NCBI GenBank assembly: GCA_965213925.1
Contig: OZ243927.1
Location: 3,392,001-3,456,000, forward strand
DNA: 64,000 bases
Reading direction: 5' to 3'
Source: Trueperaceae bacterium
GTDB taxonomy: Bacteria > Deinococcota > Deinococci > Deinococcales > Trueperaceae
Below are positions 51,701-60,970 of this stretch, one piece after another. A program made the translations under genes and the position numbers. Numbering within the stretch: the stretch's first letter is position 1; every line of letters starts with the position of its first letter. A model generated the notes under the pieces. It worked only from the letters and a program-made list of their open reading frames with translations, had not been told where the DNA came from and searched no databases.

Positions 51701-52516
51701 ATGAGCATCGCCCTTCCGACCGCAAACCAGACCACAAAGACTCCTCACATGCCGCTCGCCGCGCAACTCGGCGCGACCACCCTTCGTACGCTGAAAGTCA
51801 GCCTCAGAAACCTCTTCCCACTCGTTGTGCCCCTCCTGATCAGCCTCTTCTTTCTCTTCATCTATGAGGGACAGCTCTCCCAGGCAGCGAGCTTCTTTCT
51901 GCAGGGGCAGGACTACCTGGGCTTCATCCTGCCGCTCTCAATCGTGAGCGCGGCGTTCAGCGGAGCGGGTTTAGCAGGACAATCCTTGGTGCGAGATTTA
52001 GAGAGCGGCTACTTCGACAAACTCCAGCTCACGCCCATCAGCCGTGCCGCGCTCGTATTCGGTCCTATTTTAGCGGCGGGGTTAGTGCTGGTCGTACAAA
52101 CGATCATCCTCTTGGCGGTGGGCTTTCTTATCGGACTCGAGGTCGCCACAGGTTGGCTGGGTCTCTTAACCTTACTCGGCTACACCTTACTTGTAGGCGT
52201 CAGTTTCGGCAGCTTTACGGTCGGGGTGGCACTTTTAAGCGGCAACGCCGCTGCGACCGAGGGGGCGTCGTTCCTGTTCTTCCCGCTCTCTTTTCTGACC
52301 GCGACCTTTGTGCCCATCGAACTGCTGGATGGCTGGCTCGCGGTCGCTGCCCGCGCCAACCCTATCACCTACGTGCTGGACGCCACCCGTGCCCTCGTGC
52401 TGACGGGCTGGGAGGAGCAAGCGCTCCGCAACGGGCTTCTCGCCGGGCTCGTCCTCGCTGCGCTTTCCTTCGGGTTCGCACTAAACGCTCTACGTGTGAG
52501 GTCGAGACAGAGGTAG
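51701..52516 (+). CDS. ABC-2 exporter permease (DrrB-like)
   Basis: About 6 TM segments, GYFDKL.LTPISR, NPITY. Confidence 0.9.
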   Translation: MSIALPTANQTTKTPHMPLAAQLGATTLRTLKVSLRNLFPLVVPLLISLFFLFIYEGQLSQAASFFLQGQDYLGFILPLSIVSAAFSGAGLAGQSLVRDLESGYFDKLQLTPISRAALVFGPILAAGLVLVVQTIILLAVGFLIGLEVATGWLGLLTLLGYTLLVGVSFGSFTVGVALLSGNAAATEGASFLFFPLSFLTATFVPIELLDGWLAVAARANPITYVLDATRALVLTGWEEQALRNGLLAGLVLAALSFGFALNALRVRSRQR

Positions 52517-52543
52517 CGGACCTTAGCAGCCGAAAGGGATGCC

Positions 52544-52585
52544 GAGCCTGCCTCTCCAACTCGATAAAGGCAGGCTCCTTTTATT
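52544..52585 (+). terminator. Probable intrinsic terminator
   Basis: GAGCCTGCCT...AGGCAGGCTC followed by CTTTTATT. Confidence 0.6.
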
Positions 52586-52641
52586 CCTCACCTTAGACCA
52601 CTCCTCAGGTTCGGCTCGGGCAACCGGGTTTTATTGGGATC

Positions 52642-52673
52642 TTGTGCGCGTGTTGCGCGCGTTTGCCGCACAA
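52642..52673. repeat. 32-bp palindromic module-boundary repeat (B|A)
   Basis: TTGTGCGCGTGTT-GCGCGC-GTTTGCCGCACAA. Confidence 0.9.
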
Positions 52674-52751
52674 GGCTCAGGCTTGGATAAGTGTAGAAAC
52701 TCGAGAACGCTCGTATTGTTCATTGAGGTATTCTGGTCGGCCACCCTTGAT

Positions 52752-53630
52752 TCAACCGCCTTCAGCCCCCTCATTGCTCTCCGCCTCATCCTCGTCAGCG
52801 CCCTGGTCGTCCTGTTCTAACAAATAGACATACTGCACGTTCATGGTCTTGACATGGTTGTATTCGATGACGAGCGAGTCGCCTAAAATAGGATAAAAAC
52901 GCGCGTCGTGCTGCGGCGCTGTTCGCTCATCCCCCTGGGAGAGGTCGCTGGCAAGCGCCCGCCGCTGCGCGTCCCCGAGCACGAGCCGCTCTAAACGGTT
53001 GCCTGACCCGAGCGCATAGTCGAGCAAGATGCCCCAGTAGAGGTACGCCTCGTCTCCTTGCTCAACGCCAACCGTTACGAGAATAAAGTCCGGCGCGTCG
53101 CTCTCTCGACCCTCTACCGGATGGGCGATATACCGGCTTCGCGAGAGCCGCCTCTGATCGGCGGAGAAGAGCGCCCAGTACGTACCCTGCGGATTGATGA
53201 TAGGAAAGCGCAGGTCAAGCGCTTGAGCCCGGACGAAACGGTGCATCCCCAAGCCGATGCCTACAGCAAGCAGAAACAGGCACAGCGTATAGATAAAAAG
53301 CGTGCCGAGGTTCGCCTCGAGCCGCGCGAGCGACGCCGCATAGTCCGGCGCGTTCGTGCCGACGAGCAAGGTGAGTACATCCCCGCCGCTGAGCGGGAAC
53401 GAGGTAGGCGACCCCTGCCGGAGGAGGCGAACAAGCCAAGCTCCCAGCAGATAGCCCGCGACCCCGAGTGCGTGGAGCGGCAGCGCGAACAGCAGATAAA
53501 GAAAAAGGTTGGTCTGGAAGGTGCTCGTCTGGTGCGGCTTATCGTTAAACCCGCGCCGATATGCCGCCAGAAAAAGCGCTCCTGGCGTAGCGAGAAGCAC
53601 CACCAGGAGCGCTGAGAACGCGAGGTTCAC
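52752..53630 (-). CDS. Hypothetical membrane protein (3 TM, soluble domain, acidic tail)
   Basis: 292-aa ORF with GTGA overlap with the upstream small ORF. Confidence 0.7.
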   Translation of the reverse strand: MNLAFSALLVVLLATPGALFLAAYRRGFNDKPHQTSTFQTNLFLYLLFALPLHALGVAGYLLGAWLVRLLRQGSPTSFPLSGGDVLTLLVGTNAPDYAASLARLEANLGTLFIYTLCLFLLAVGIGLGMHRFVRAQALDLRFPIINPQGTYWALFSADQRRLSRSRYIAHPVEGRESDAPDFILVTVGVEQGDEAYLYWGILLDYALGSGNRLERLVLGDAQRRALASDLSQGDERTAPQHDARFYPILGDSLVIEYNHVKTMNVQYVYLLEQDDQGADEDEAESNEGAEGG

Positions 53631-53842
53631 TCAGCAGGGTGTGAGGGCGTGCTCGTCTTCACGACGTAGGTCTTGCCGTCTATCTTGACCGTGCCTCCAC
53701 CGAGCCTCGCTGCGCGGATGAGTTCGGGTCCGTATCCCTGCGCGCGTAACTCATCAGCTCTCTTCGAATGGGCGACTTTTTGATTGGGGCGACGCCAGGA
53801 CGATGAAGCGCGCGTGCTGTTTGTAGTGCGACGTACCGACAT
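53627..53842 (-). CDS. Small basic hypothetical protein
   Basis: AGGAGG RBS before ATG 53842; translationally coupled to the next gene. Confidence 0.6.
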   Translation of the reverse strand: MSVRRTTNSTRASSSWRRPNQKVAHSKRADELRAQGYGPELIRAARLGGGTVKIDGKTYVVKTSTPSHPAE

Positions 53843-54046
53843 AGGGTGCCTCCTAATAGGGACATTATACACCTTTTAGATGTCCCTGAGTGGCGTTTAC
53901 TCCGTAGATTAGCTGTTCAAAGATGCAAATCCACCTCGCGAGGGCTCCCTGCTTGAGAAAGAGAGAAAAGCCGCACCGACGCTCCTAGCTATTCGAACCT
54001 CTACTTCACTTGGTCATTAAGTCCCTTACACGCCTTTACTGCTGGT

Positions 54047-55024
54047 CTAGCCCAACTCAAAATGCGCCACAACGGGCGCATGGTCGCTCTCCGGATACTT
54101 CGCGTCGGTCGCAAAGGCGCGGCTCTCGTCGTGCAGGAGTTCATTGTGGATCTCTGTGTGGCGGTAATGCGCGAACAAGGCACGACTCACCAGGATGTGG
54201 TCGATCATCTCACCTTGCCCATGATGGATGAGGCTGTAGCGGCGGTCTTTGGAAACGCTCATCGCGGCGAGCGCGAGCGTCTTGTAGGCAAGCGCCGCGT
54301 TGTTATGGTCTTCAACCTCACCACGTAGGGCGCGCATTGCGGGCTCGTCAGCCTGCTCATTGAAGTCACCTGTGAGGGCGACGAGGGCGTCTGGCTCCGC
54401 TTCGAATATCTCGTCGATAAGCGCTCGCAGCTCAACCGCCTGACCGAGCCGCTTCATAGCGCTCACAAACGAACCCTCCGCCCATACCGCCGCCGAGGGG
54501 TAGGCGAAGTCCTCAGGTTCTCGGCCCAGCACATTAACGGGACGCTTGCTCTTGAGGTGGACGTTGAGAACGTGAAGACGGCGGTTCTCAATTGCTAGAA
54601 TGGCATGCAGGATAGGACGTTCCCACCTGATAGGCTTGGGCTCTTGCGGTTTATCTGTCGTTACGAACCCATAGTGCGGCGCGAAACGCTCGTCTTTAAG
54701 CTGACGCCGCTCGGTGATCTCGAAGCGACTCAGAATGACCAGGTTACGCACGTCGTAGACGGACTCAGGTTCGCTCTTGAGCCGGGTGCTGACGCGGTAA
54801 AAGCCTGCGTAGACCGTTTCCTCTAAAAGTTCGTCCAAGGCGAGCAAGGCTCTAGGTTGCTCCGCACGTTCCTGACCATGTACCTCTTGCAAACAGAGCA
54901 CGTCAGCGTCCAAGCGAACGAGTTGCGGGCGCATGAGCCGGATGCGCTCCTCCAGAGCCACATCGTTTCTGTGATTGGCTTCGTCGAAGTTTTCTAAGTT
55001 AAACGTGGCGATCCGTAAACGCAT
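54047..55024 (-). CDS. Endonuclease/exonuclease/phosphatase (EEP) family protein
   Basis: IATFNLEN, LCLQEV, HLKS, GDFN, IDHIL, SDH; AAGGAG RBS before ATG 55024. Confidence 0.92.
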   Translation of the reverse strand: MRLRIATFNLENFDEANHRNDVALEERIRLMRPQLVRLDADVLCLQEVHGQERAEQPRALLALDELLEETVYAGFYRVSTRLKSEPESVYDVRNLVILSRFEITERRQLKDERFAPHYGFVTTDKPQEPKPIRWERPILHAILAIENRRLHVLNVHLKSKRPVNVLGREPEDFAYPSAAVWAEGSFVSAMKRLGQAVELRALIDEIFEAEPDALVALTGDFNEQADEPAMRALRGEVEDHNNAALAYKTLALAAMSVSKDRRYSLIHHGQGEMIDHILVSRALFAHYRHTEIHNELLHDESRAFATDAKYPESDHAPVVAHFELG

Positions 55025-55157
55025 AGTGGGCTCCTTATGTAGCTGTCGGAGGTCAATCAGATTACGTACGCGGGAGACGGAGCAAGACCACGCTAGGCAG
55101 CCTAGCACGGGCTGAACAGTCTACTGTCAGGTGAAGTCGCTACATCTAGGCTCTATG

Positions 55158-55189
55158 CAACGCGACGAACGCGCGCGTCTCCAGCAATA
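55158..55189. repeat. 32-bp module-boundary repeat (A|B, outer ends diverged)
   Basis: CAACGCGACGAAC-GCGCGC-GTCTCCAGCAATA. Confidence 0.75.
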
Positions 55190-55286
55190 CCCTTACGCCC
55201 GTTCGGGCTCGTCATCATGCATAAAGACGACCTCTTTTTCGCCTAAGCCCAAGGTTTGAGAACCAGTAAGTCTCTATGATTCGAGC

Positions 55287-56303
55287 TCAGCTATCTGACC
55301 ATGGCTTGAGAACAATCTTCCCGGTCGTCTCCCGTTGCTCGAGCATCCTGTGCGCCTCCGCGGCTTGGCTCAGAGGGAGCACCTGATCCACTTGGACCTT
55401 GACTTGCCCCGAGGCGACGTAGCCGATGAGATCTCCCATAGCTTTCGCGGCAGCCTCCGGTCGCAGGGCGAACCACAGACCGAGGTTGAAAACATGAATA
55501 GACTGGCTGGGCGAGGGATCATAAAAGAAGTCGATGACAGTTTGCTCACCAAAGCGTAAAGGCTGACCGCTCGCCATGCCGTACACGACGCAGCGCCCGA
55601 ATGGCGCGAGGCAACTAAGTCCTCGCGCGAAGGTCTCACCGCCCGTCATCTCTAAGATGATGTCGGCACCTTTGCCCTCGGTGAGGTGGCGTACTCGCTC
55701 AGGCCAGTCGGACTGCGTGTAATCGACTGTGGCGTCCGCCCCTAGCTCGAGCACCTTCTGCCTCTTCGCTTCCGTGCTGACCGCGCCTATGACCTGACCC
55801 GCACCGAGTCGCTTAGCGAGCTGTACGGCGTAACTCCCTACGCCGCCCGCAGCACCTTGGATAAGCACTGTTTCGCCAGTCTTCAACCCCGCGATCTCCC
55901 TCAACAGCAGGAGGGCGGTGGTACCCGCTACTGGCAAGGCTGCCGCCTGGTCGGCGCTCACCCCAGGGGGGATTGGAACGGCGCGGTCGGCGGGCGCGAG
56001 CGCGTACTGCGCGTAACCGTTCGAGCCGCTCCCGACGAGTGCAAAGACCGGCGTGCCTACAGAGGGAGCCACGACCCCTTCGCCGAGTGCTTCGACAACA
56101 CCCGCTACCTCGCTCCCCGGAATAAACGGGAGGGGGGTCGGGAACGGATAGATGGCGTTGCTGCGCCGGGCTACATCCGAGTAGTTCACCGAAGCCGACT
56201 CGACCCGGATTAGCACTTCCCCTGCGCCGGGGCTTAAATCGTCAACCGTTTCATACCTGAGAACGTCCGGACTGCCATACTCGTAGATTCGGGCGACTTT
56301 CAT
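55287..56303 (-). CDS. NADPH:quinone oxidoreductase (MDR family)
   Basis: PGSEVAG, GAAGGVG, GKIVL. Confidence 0.92.
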   Translation of the reverse strand: MKVARIYEYGSPDVLRYETVDDLSPGAGEVLIRVESASVNYSDVARRSNAIYPFPTPLPFIPGSEVAGVVEALGEGVVAPSVGTPVFALVGSGSNGYAQYALAPADRAVPIPPGVSADQAAALPVAGTTALLLLREIAGLKTGETVLIQGAAGGVGSYAVQLAKRLGAGQVIGAVSTEAKRQKVLELGADATVDYTQSDWPERVRHLTEGKGADIILEMTGGETFARGLSCLAPFGRCVVYGMASGQPLRFGEQTVIDFFYDPSPSQSIHVFNLGLWFALRPEAAAKAMGDLIGYVASGQVKVQVDQVLPLSQAAEAHRMLEQRETTGKIVLKPWSDS

Positions 56304-56449
56304 AGTGACGCTCCTTTAACGACCAACGTACTTAGCAGAAGGTTTGGCTAAGCACCTGCATCATACACCACCTACTTGTTTTTTACAAGCTAACGCTTGT
56401 TTATAAAAATAATACGGTGCAGATAGGAAATCTGCTCTATAATCAGACT

Positions 56450-57112
56450 GTGACAAACAAGTCTTACGATCAGTACTGCGCCGTCGCTCACGCTCTCGAT
56501 ATCGTAGGGGAACGCTGGACCCTCCTGGTGATCCGCAACCTGCTCATCGCGCCCAAGCGCTTCAGCGATTTACGCAACGGTCTACCCGGGATAAGTACGA
56601 ACATCTTGGCGGACCGGCTGAAGGTTCTGGAGAGACATGGGGTGGTTACGACGCGCTATTTGCCGCCGCCCGCGGCTTCTACGGTGTACGAGTTGACCCG
56701 TTGGGGCTATGGACTTACAGCTACGCTAAGCTCGCTCGCTCGCTGGGGGAGTCAAACTCTGGGCTCTCCCAGAGAAGGTCAGTCCGTCGTCCCGGAGGGG
56801 GTCACCTTTATGATCCAGGGGGTCTTCTGGCGAGAACACTATCCGGACATTAGCCTCAACTGCAATGTTTATGTAGAAGACAAAGACTATATGCAGACCT
56901 TTGGCGTTCGCTTGTCCCCGGCGGGTGTACATATCTCTGGCTCCTTTGATGCCGCTGAGGTGGAGCTGAAAACGGGGCTCGCGTCCCTCAATCTCTTGAG
57001 CAGCCAGCAGAAGCAGCTTCGGGCGTTGGTAGGCGAGGGCGCAGTGCGGTTAGACGGTGATAGCAGCCGTGTGAAAGACATTTATGCCTGGGTAGACGGC
57101 GGCAACACCTAA
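56450..57112 (+). CDS. HxlR-family winged-helix regulator with C-terminal SCP2-like extension
   Basis: YDQYCAVAHALDIVGERWTLL, LPGISTNILADRL, YELT; TATAAT-N6-GTG. Confidence 0.88.
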   Translation: MTNKSYDQYCAVAHALDIVGERWTLLVIRNLLIAPKRFSDLRNGLPGISTNILADRLKVLERHGVVTTRYLPPPAASTVYELTRWGYGLTATLSSLARWGSQTLGSPREGQSVVPEGVTFMIQGVFWREHYPDISLNCNVYVEDKDYMQTFGVRLSPAGVHISGSFDAAEVELKTGLASLNLLSSQQKQLRALVGEGAVRLDGDSSRVKDIYAWVDGGNT

Positions 57113-57122
57113 AGATGGAGCG

Positions 57123-57154
57123 GTCTGCGAGAGATGCGCGCAACTCACGCGGAC
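57123..57154. repeat. 32-bp palindromic module-boundary repeat (B|B), containing the stop codon of the next gene
   Basis: GTCTGCGAGAGAT-GCGCGC-AACTCACGCGGAC; minus-strand TGA at 57145-57147. Confidence 0.8.
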
Positions 57155-57870
57155 TGCGCGCCCCTGTCTGCCCTCGAAGCCTTGCTCACCCTGCTCGGCT
57201 GCTCCGAAAACACCTTGACGAGCGAGTAGAGGTGGGTAATTAGAAACAGCGGCACGGCGAAGATAGGGATCATCGTGAAGTAGTTGAGGTCATAGGGCTG
57301 CTGGGTCGTCAACAGGTAGGGCTGGATGAACAGGGGGCCGGTGGTCAGCGCCACCACAAAGTCGGCCAAGCCGAGGACGTTCCAGCCGAGGATCGCCTGA
57401 CGGGCCCGGCTGTGCCCGGTGACGAACAGATAAAGAACGAATGGCACGGCGAGTGCCGTGATCACGTCGCCATAGCCTGCGGGCAGTGCAAATCCTGCGG
57501 GCAGGTACCCCAGCTCCGACAAGATGATGAAGTTGAAACCGATAATCCGCAGCATGTGGGGGGCGATCAGCATCGTTTGAGGTATAGCGGCGACGAGCTG
57601 ACGGAATTCGGGCTGGCTCAGCAGCAGCGCGCCGCCTAAAATAGGGATAAGTAACGGGAAGAGCACGAAGTAGACGGGGGTCGCCTCCGCGAAGATGAAG
57701 TTCCTATGCGATAGGTAGAGCGTGAGAGCGAGCCAAGCCGCCATCCCGACGCCTATACGGACGCCGAGCGAGCGGCGCTTGGCGGCGTACGCCGCATTGA
57801 CGCTCACCCAGATAGCAAGGGTGACGGCGAGGGCGACCATCATGCCGACGGTGGTGGAGGGAAAAGGCAT
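57145..57870 (-). CDS. Hypothetical membrane protein
   Basis: About 7 TM segments; LPAGFALPAGYGD, WNVLGLADF, MIPIFAVP. Confidence 0.75.
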   Translation of the reverse strand: MPFPSTTVGMMVALAVTLAIWVSVNAAYAAKRRSLGVRIGVGMAAWLALTLYLSHRNFIFAEATPVYFVLFPLLIPILGGALLLSQPEFRQLVAAIPQTMLIAPHMLRIIGFNFIILSELGYLPAGFALPAGYGDVITALAVPFVLYLFVTGHSRARQAILGWNVLGLADFVVALTTGPLFIQPYLLTTQQPYDLNYFTMIPIFAVPLFLITHLYSLVKVFSEQPSRVSKASRADRGAQSA

Positions 57871-57947
57871 AACTGTGTTCCTTTCGCGAGCTGTGAATAG
57901 CCTAGGATTGCCGACGGGCGTTCAAGAAATGACTCAATACCGTGGTC

Positions 57948-59393
57948 TCATTTCGCGTGCTGTTCGCCGATTGTCCGGTTCCGTCGTCGTGCGACCCTTT
58001 CACCACCTTCAGCGCCTCTCGTCTTCACGCCCAAACTGATGAACGAGGTGAGCATGCCGCCGATCATGAGGACTAAGAAGATGCGGTCAAACACCAGTAA
58101 AGGCGCAGTCGGGACAGACGCCGCAAGTAGCGCTACGACCAGCGCTACACCCAAGACCGAGCCGAGCTGCCGCATCGCCTGGTTGACGGCGCTGCCCACG
58201 CCGAAGCGCTCGGGCGGCAAGCTCGCCACCGCAGCGGCGCTCAGCACGGGCAGCAGCAACCCTACCCCGACCCCCGTGATCAGCGCGACCGGCAGCCACA
58301 AGCCCCAGAAGGCGGGCGTAGGCGTTGCGAACAGGTAGAGCAGGAAACCGCCGAGCGCGAAGATGACCCCGCCCGGCACGAGCAGAGCGCGGTGCCCCCG
58401 CCTGTCCGCGACGCGCCCCCCAATCACCGCAACTGGGATAACCGCGAGGGGCCCTGGGGTGGTCGCCAACCCCGCCTGGAGAACCGAGTACCCCCAGACG
58501 CGGGTGAGGAAGAAGATGAAGCCAAAAAACAGGGCGGTGAACGCCACGCCGAAGACGAGCGTTGCGAGATTGGCGTAGCGGTAATTGGGGTCCCGAAACA
58601 AGGTGACGTCAAGAGCGGGTGCAGTGACATGGCTCGAGCGAACAATAAAGACGGCGAGCAAGATGACGCCGAACACAAGCGCGCCCAGGGTGCGGGCGTC
58701 TGCCCAACCCCAAGCGTCGCTCTGCACGGTGCCAAGCGCGACCAGACCCACGCCGCCAATCAGGAGCAGCGAGCCGAGTAGGTCAGGCAAGGCGGCGGTC
58801 GGTCGCCGAGGCGACCTCGTCAAGATGCGGCTACTCAAATAGAGGGCGACTAGGCCGACAGGTAAGTTGATAAAGAACGCCCAGCGCCAGCTCCCCACCG
58901 CGATAAGGGCGGCCCCAAGCGACGGCCCCGCTGCCGCAGCGAGTGCGCCTACCGCACCCCACAAGCTGACCGCAGACGCGCGTTTCTCCTTAGGGAACGC
59001 GCCCAAAATGAGCGCGAGCGAGGTCGGCGTCAGGACGGCCCCGCCGACAGCCTGCAAGACCCTCGAGCTGATGAGCAGCGCTGGACTCGCCGCCAGAGCG
59101 CAGAGCACTGAAGCCAGGGTAAAAAGTGCGACGCCCGCCATAAAGAGGGCACGCCGCCCGAAGATGTCCGCGAGCCTGCCCGCAGGTACGAGCAGCGCGG
59201 CGTAGACGATGGTGTAAGCGTTTAAGACCCAGGAGAGCTGCTCAGCCGAGACCGTGCTGAAGGTGCTCTGGATGTCGGGAAAGGCGACAAACAAGATGGT
59301 CGCGTCGAGCGAGGCGGCGAACACGGCGAGACTCGTAACACCCAAAACGCTCGAGGGGCTCGGCCGCTTCGGTTCGGGCTGTGACATGGACAT
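57948..59393 (-). CDS. MFS efflux transporter, DHA2 (14-TM) family
   Basis: LDATILFVAFP, WVLNAY, GRLADIFGRR, WRWAFFINLPVG. Confidence 0.93.
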   Translation of the reverse strand: MSMSQPEPKRPSPSSVLGVTSLAVFAASLDATILFVAFPDIQSTFSTVSAEQLSWVLNAYTIVYAALLVPAGRLADIFGRRALFMAGVALFTLASVLCALAASPALLISSRVLQAVGGAVLTPTSLALILGAFPKEKRASAVSLWGAVGALAAAAGPSLGAALIAVGSWRWAFFINLPVGLVALYLSSRILTRSPRRPTAALPDLLGSLLLIGGVGLVALGTVQSDAWGWADARTLGALVFGVILLAVFIVRSSHVTAPALDVTLFRDPNYRYANLATLVFGVAFTALFFGFIFFLTRVWGYSVLQAGLATTPGPLAVIPVAVIGGRVADRRGHRALLVPGGVIFALGGFLLYLFATPTPAFWGLWLPVALITGVGVGLLLPVLSAAAVASLPPERFGVGSAVNQAMRQLGSVLGVALVVALLAASVPTAPLLVFDRIFLVLMIGGMLTSFISLGVKTRGAEGGERVARRRNRTIGEQHAK

Positions 59394-59440
59394 CCGACGC
59401 TCCTTGTGCTTGTATATACACGCTTATGGCCAGTGAAACA

Positions 59441-59887
59441 TCACTTGAGCAGGTTAAAACGGTTTAGGTGGTTTAGGAATACACCGTATTCCTCCTCTTC
59501 GAACAGCGTCTTCACCTCCTCTTGCGCCTGCACCCACAAGGGGTACGCCTCGTCGATGAGGCGTTCGCCCGCGTCCGTGATGCTGACGCGCTTTGCCCGC
59601 GCGTCCTCCTGGTCCGCTTTGACGTCGAGTAGCCCCCGTGTAACAAGCGGTCTCAAGTTACGGCTTAGAGTGCTCTGGTCCATCGCCAGCAGATCAGCTA
59701 ATTCTCGGATGGACTGCGACCCCGCGCCCGAGCTTGTGACTAATAGGGTGAACTGGGTGATGTGCAACCCGAGCGGGCTGAGCGCCTTGTCATAGAGCGC
59801 CGTCAGGGTGCGCTCAGTCCGTTTGAGGTTGTAGTGGGCGCAGCTCCGGGCAACGTGGCGGCGCTTCTGCTGTCGGTCGGTAAGCAC
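59441..59887 (-). CDS. MarR-family regulator
   Basis: QFTLL, MDQSTLSRNLRPL, EDARAKRV; upstream of the efflux pump. Confidence 0.9.
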   Translation of the reverse strand: MLTDRQQKRRHVARSCAHYNLKRTERTLTALYDKALSPLGLHITQFTLLVTSSGAGSQSIRELADLLAMDQSTLSRNLRPLVTRGLLDVKADQEDARAKRVSITDAGERLIDEAYPLWVQAQEEVKTLFEEEEYGVFLNHLNRFNLLK

Positions 59888-59973
59888 CTCATCACTTTAC
59901 ATGTATATGCAAGTTTCTGTCAATCGTGTTCATTGAGATAGTCGAGCGAGGTGTATGTGTGAACTTAGATTTC

Positions 59974-60005
59974 TTCTGCGACGAACGCGCGCGTTCGCCG
60001 CAGAA
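59974..60005. repeat. 32-bp palindromic module-boundary repeat (A|A)
   Basis: TTCTGCGACGAAC-GCGCGC-GTTCGCCGCAGAA. Confidence 0.92.
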
Positions 60006-60184
60006 GCACCGAGTTTGTTGGAGACACGTTCTGCAAGCTTTTTCAGTCTGGATATCTCCATGCGCTCGCATAACTATTTGAACTCCACTTTAGAAAGATG
60101 GAATTCTTTTTAGAACAGGAACTCGTTGGAGTTCAAGAGTATTCGCAAGTAAGTTTCGGGTGTTGAGTTTGCTTGAAAATGTGG

Positions 60185-60455
60185 CTAGAAATTGCTGCTT
60201 ATAGCTGCAAACAACAAAGGACCATGAACAATGCCAACTAAATACCAGGGAGGGTTTTTGAATCGCCCTACAACTGCCGCGATAAGAGATTAACGCACTT
60301 GTTATGAGAATATAAATACTTGAGCCCATCAACATGAGTTCTCCGAGTCCGAAGGAAGAATTTGCATCCGATGAAGCAATCATGGCTATTCCCGCTAAGA
60401 TCAACACGCTACAAAACCCGAAGTGGGCTATCCAAACTTTCGATAAATTCGCCAT
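60185..60455 (-). pseudogene. Frameshifted paralogue of the small membrane protein at 60479-60754
   Basis: MANLSKVWIAHFGFCSVL...ALIS, then after a frame change near 60285, IAAVVGRFKNPPWYLVGIVHGPLLF...*; matches RRFKNPPWYLAIIVHIPLLF of the neighbour. Confidence 0.8.
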
Positions 60456-60478
60456 TCTCATCCTCTTCGGCATTAACC

Positions 60479-60754
60479 TTAGAAACTGCCTGACCTCCCT
60501 CCTATCATGATAAAAAGGAGAGGTATATGGACAATAATGGCTAAATACCAAGGCGGATTCTTAAATCTTCGTATAGCTAATGCTATTCCAGAAAATATGA
60601 CGCTAATCGCTAAAATATAGATGCCAAGACCAGCCGCAGCATATACTCCAATTCCAAATGAGTAGTCGCTCGAGTTAGTAAGTAGAAGCACTCCCACCAA
60701 CATCAAAATTCCACAAACTCCAAGATGTAATATCCAGGCTACCGACCATTTCAT
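60479..60754 (-). CDS. Small 3-TM membrane protein (low GC)
   Basis: GAGG RBS, three hydrophobic segments, tandem paralogue downstream. Confidence 0.75.
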   Translation of the reverse strand: MKWSVAWILHLGVCGILMLVGVLLLTNSSDYSFGIGVYAAAGLGIYILAISVIFSGIALAIRRFKNPPWYLAIIVHIPLLFIMIGGRSGSF

Positions 60755-60929
60755 AGCGTCAACCTCTCTATACTTTTATGACAGCTCTGCAAAAACCATA
60801 CCTCGTAAAGTTTAAGTTTAGCCCCTCAACGACCAGGATTCGGCAAATTTCTCATAGCAGCTATCTGTGTTGAAAAAATAGTCGCCCACGATTTGTACCT
60901 TGCTCAATTTTCCAGAATTGACCGACGAA

Positions 60930-60960
60930 GAAGCTAGTGGGTTCGGAACCCACTAGCTTC
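60930..60960. terminator. Perfect 14-bp hairpin after the 60971 gene
   Basis: GAAGCTAGTGGGTT-CGG-AACCCACTAGCTTC. Confidence 0.7.
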
Positions 60961-60970
60961 AAACCTACTA

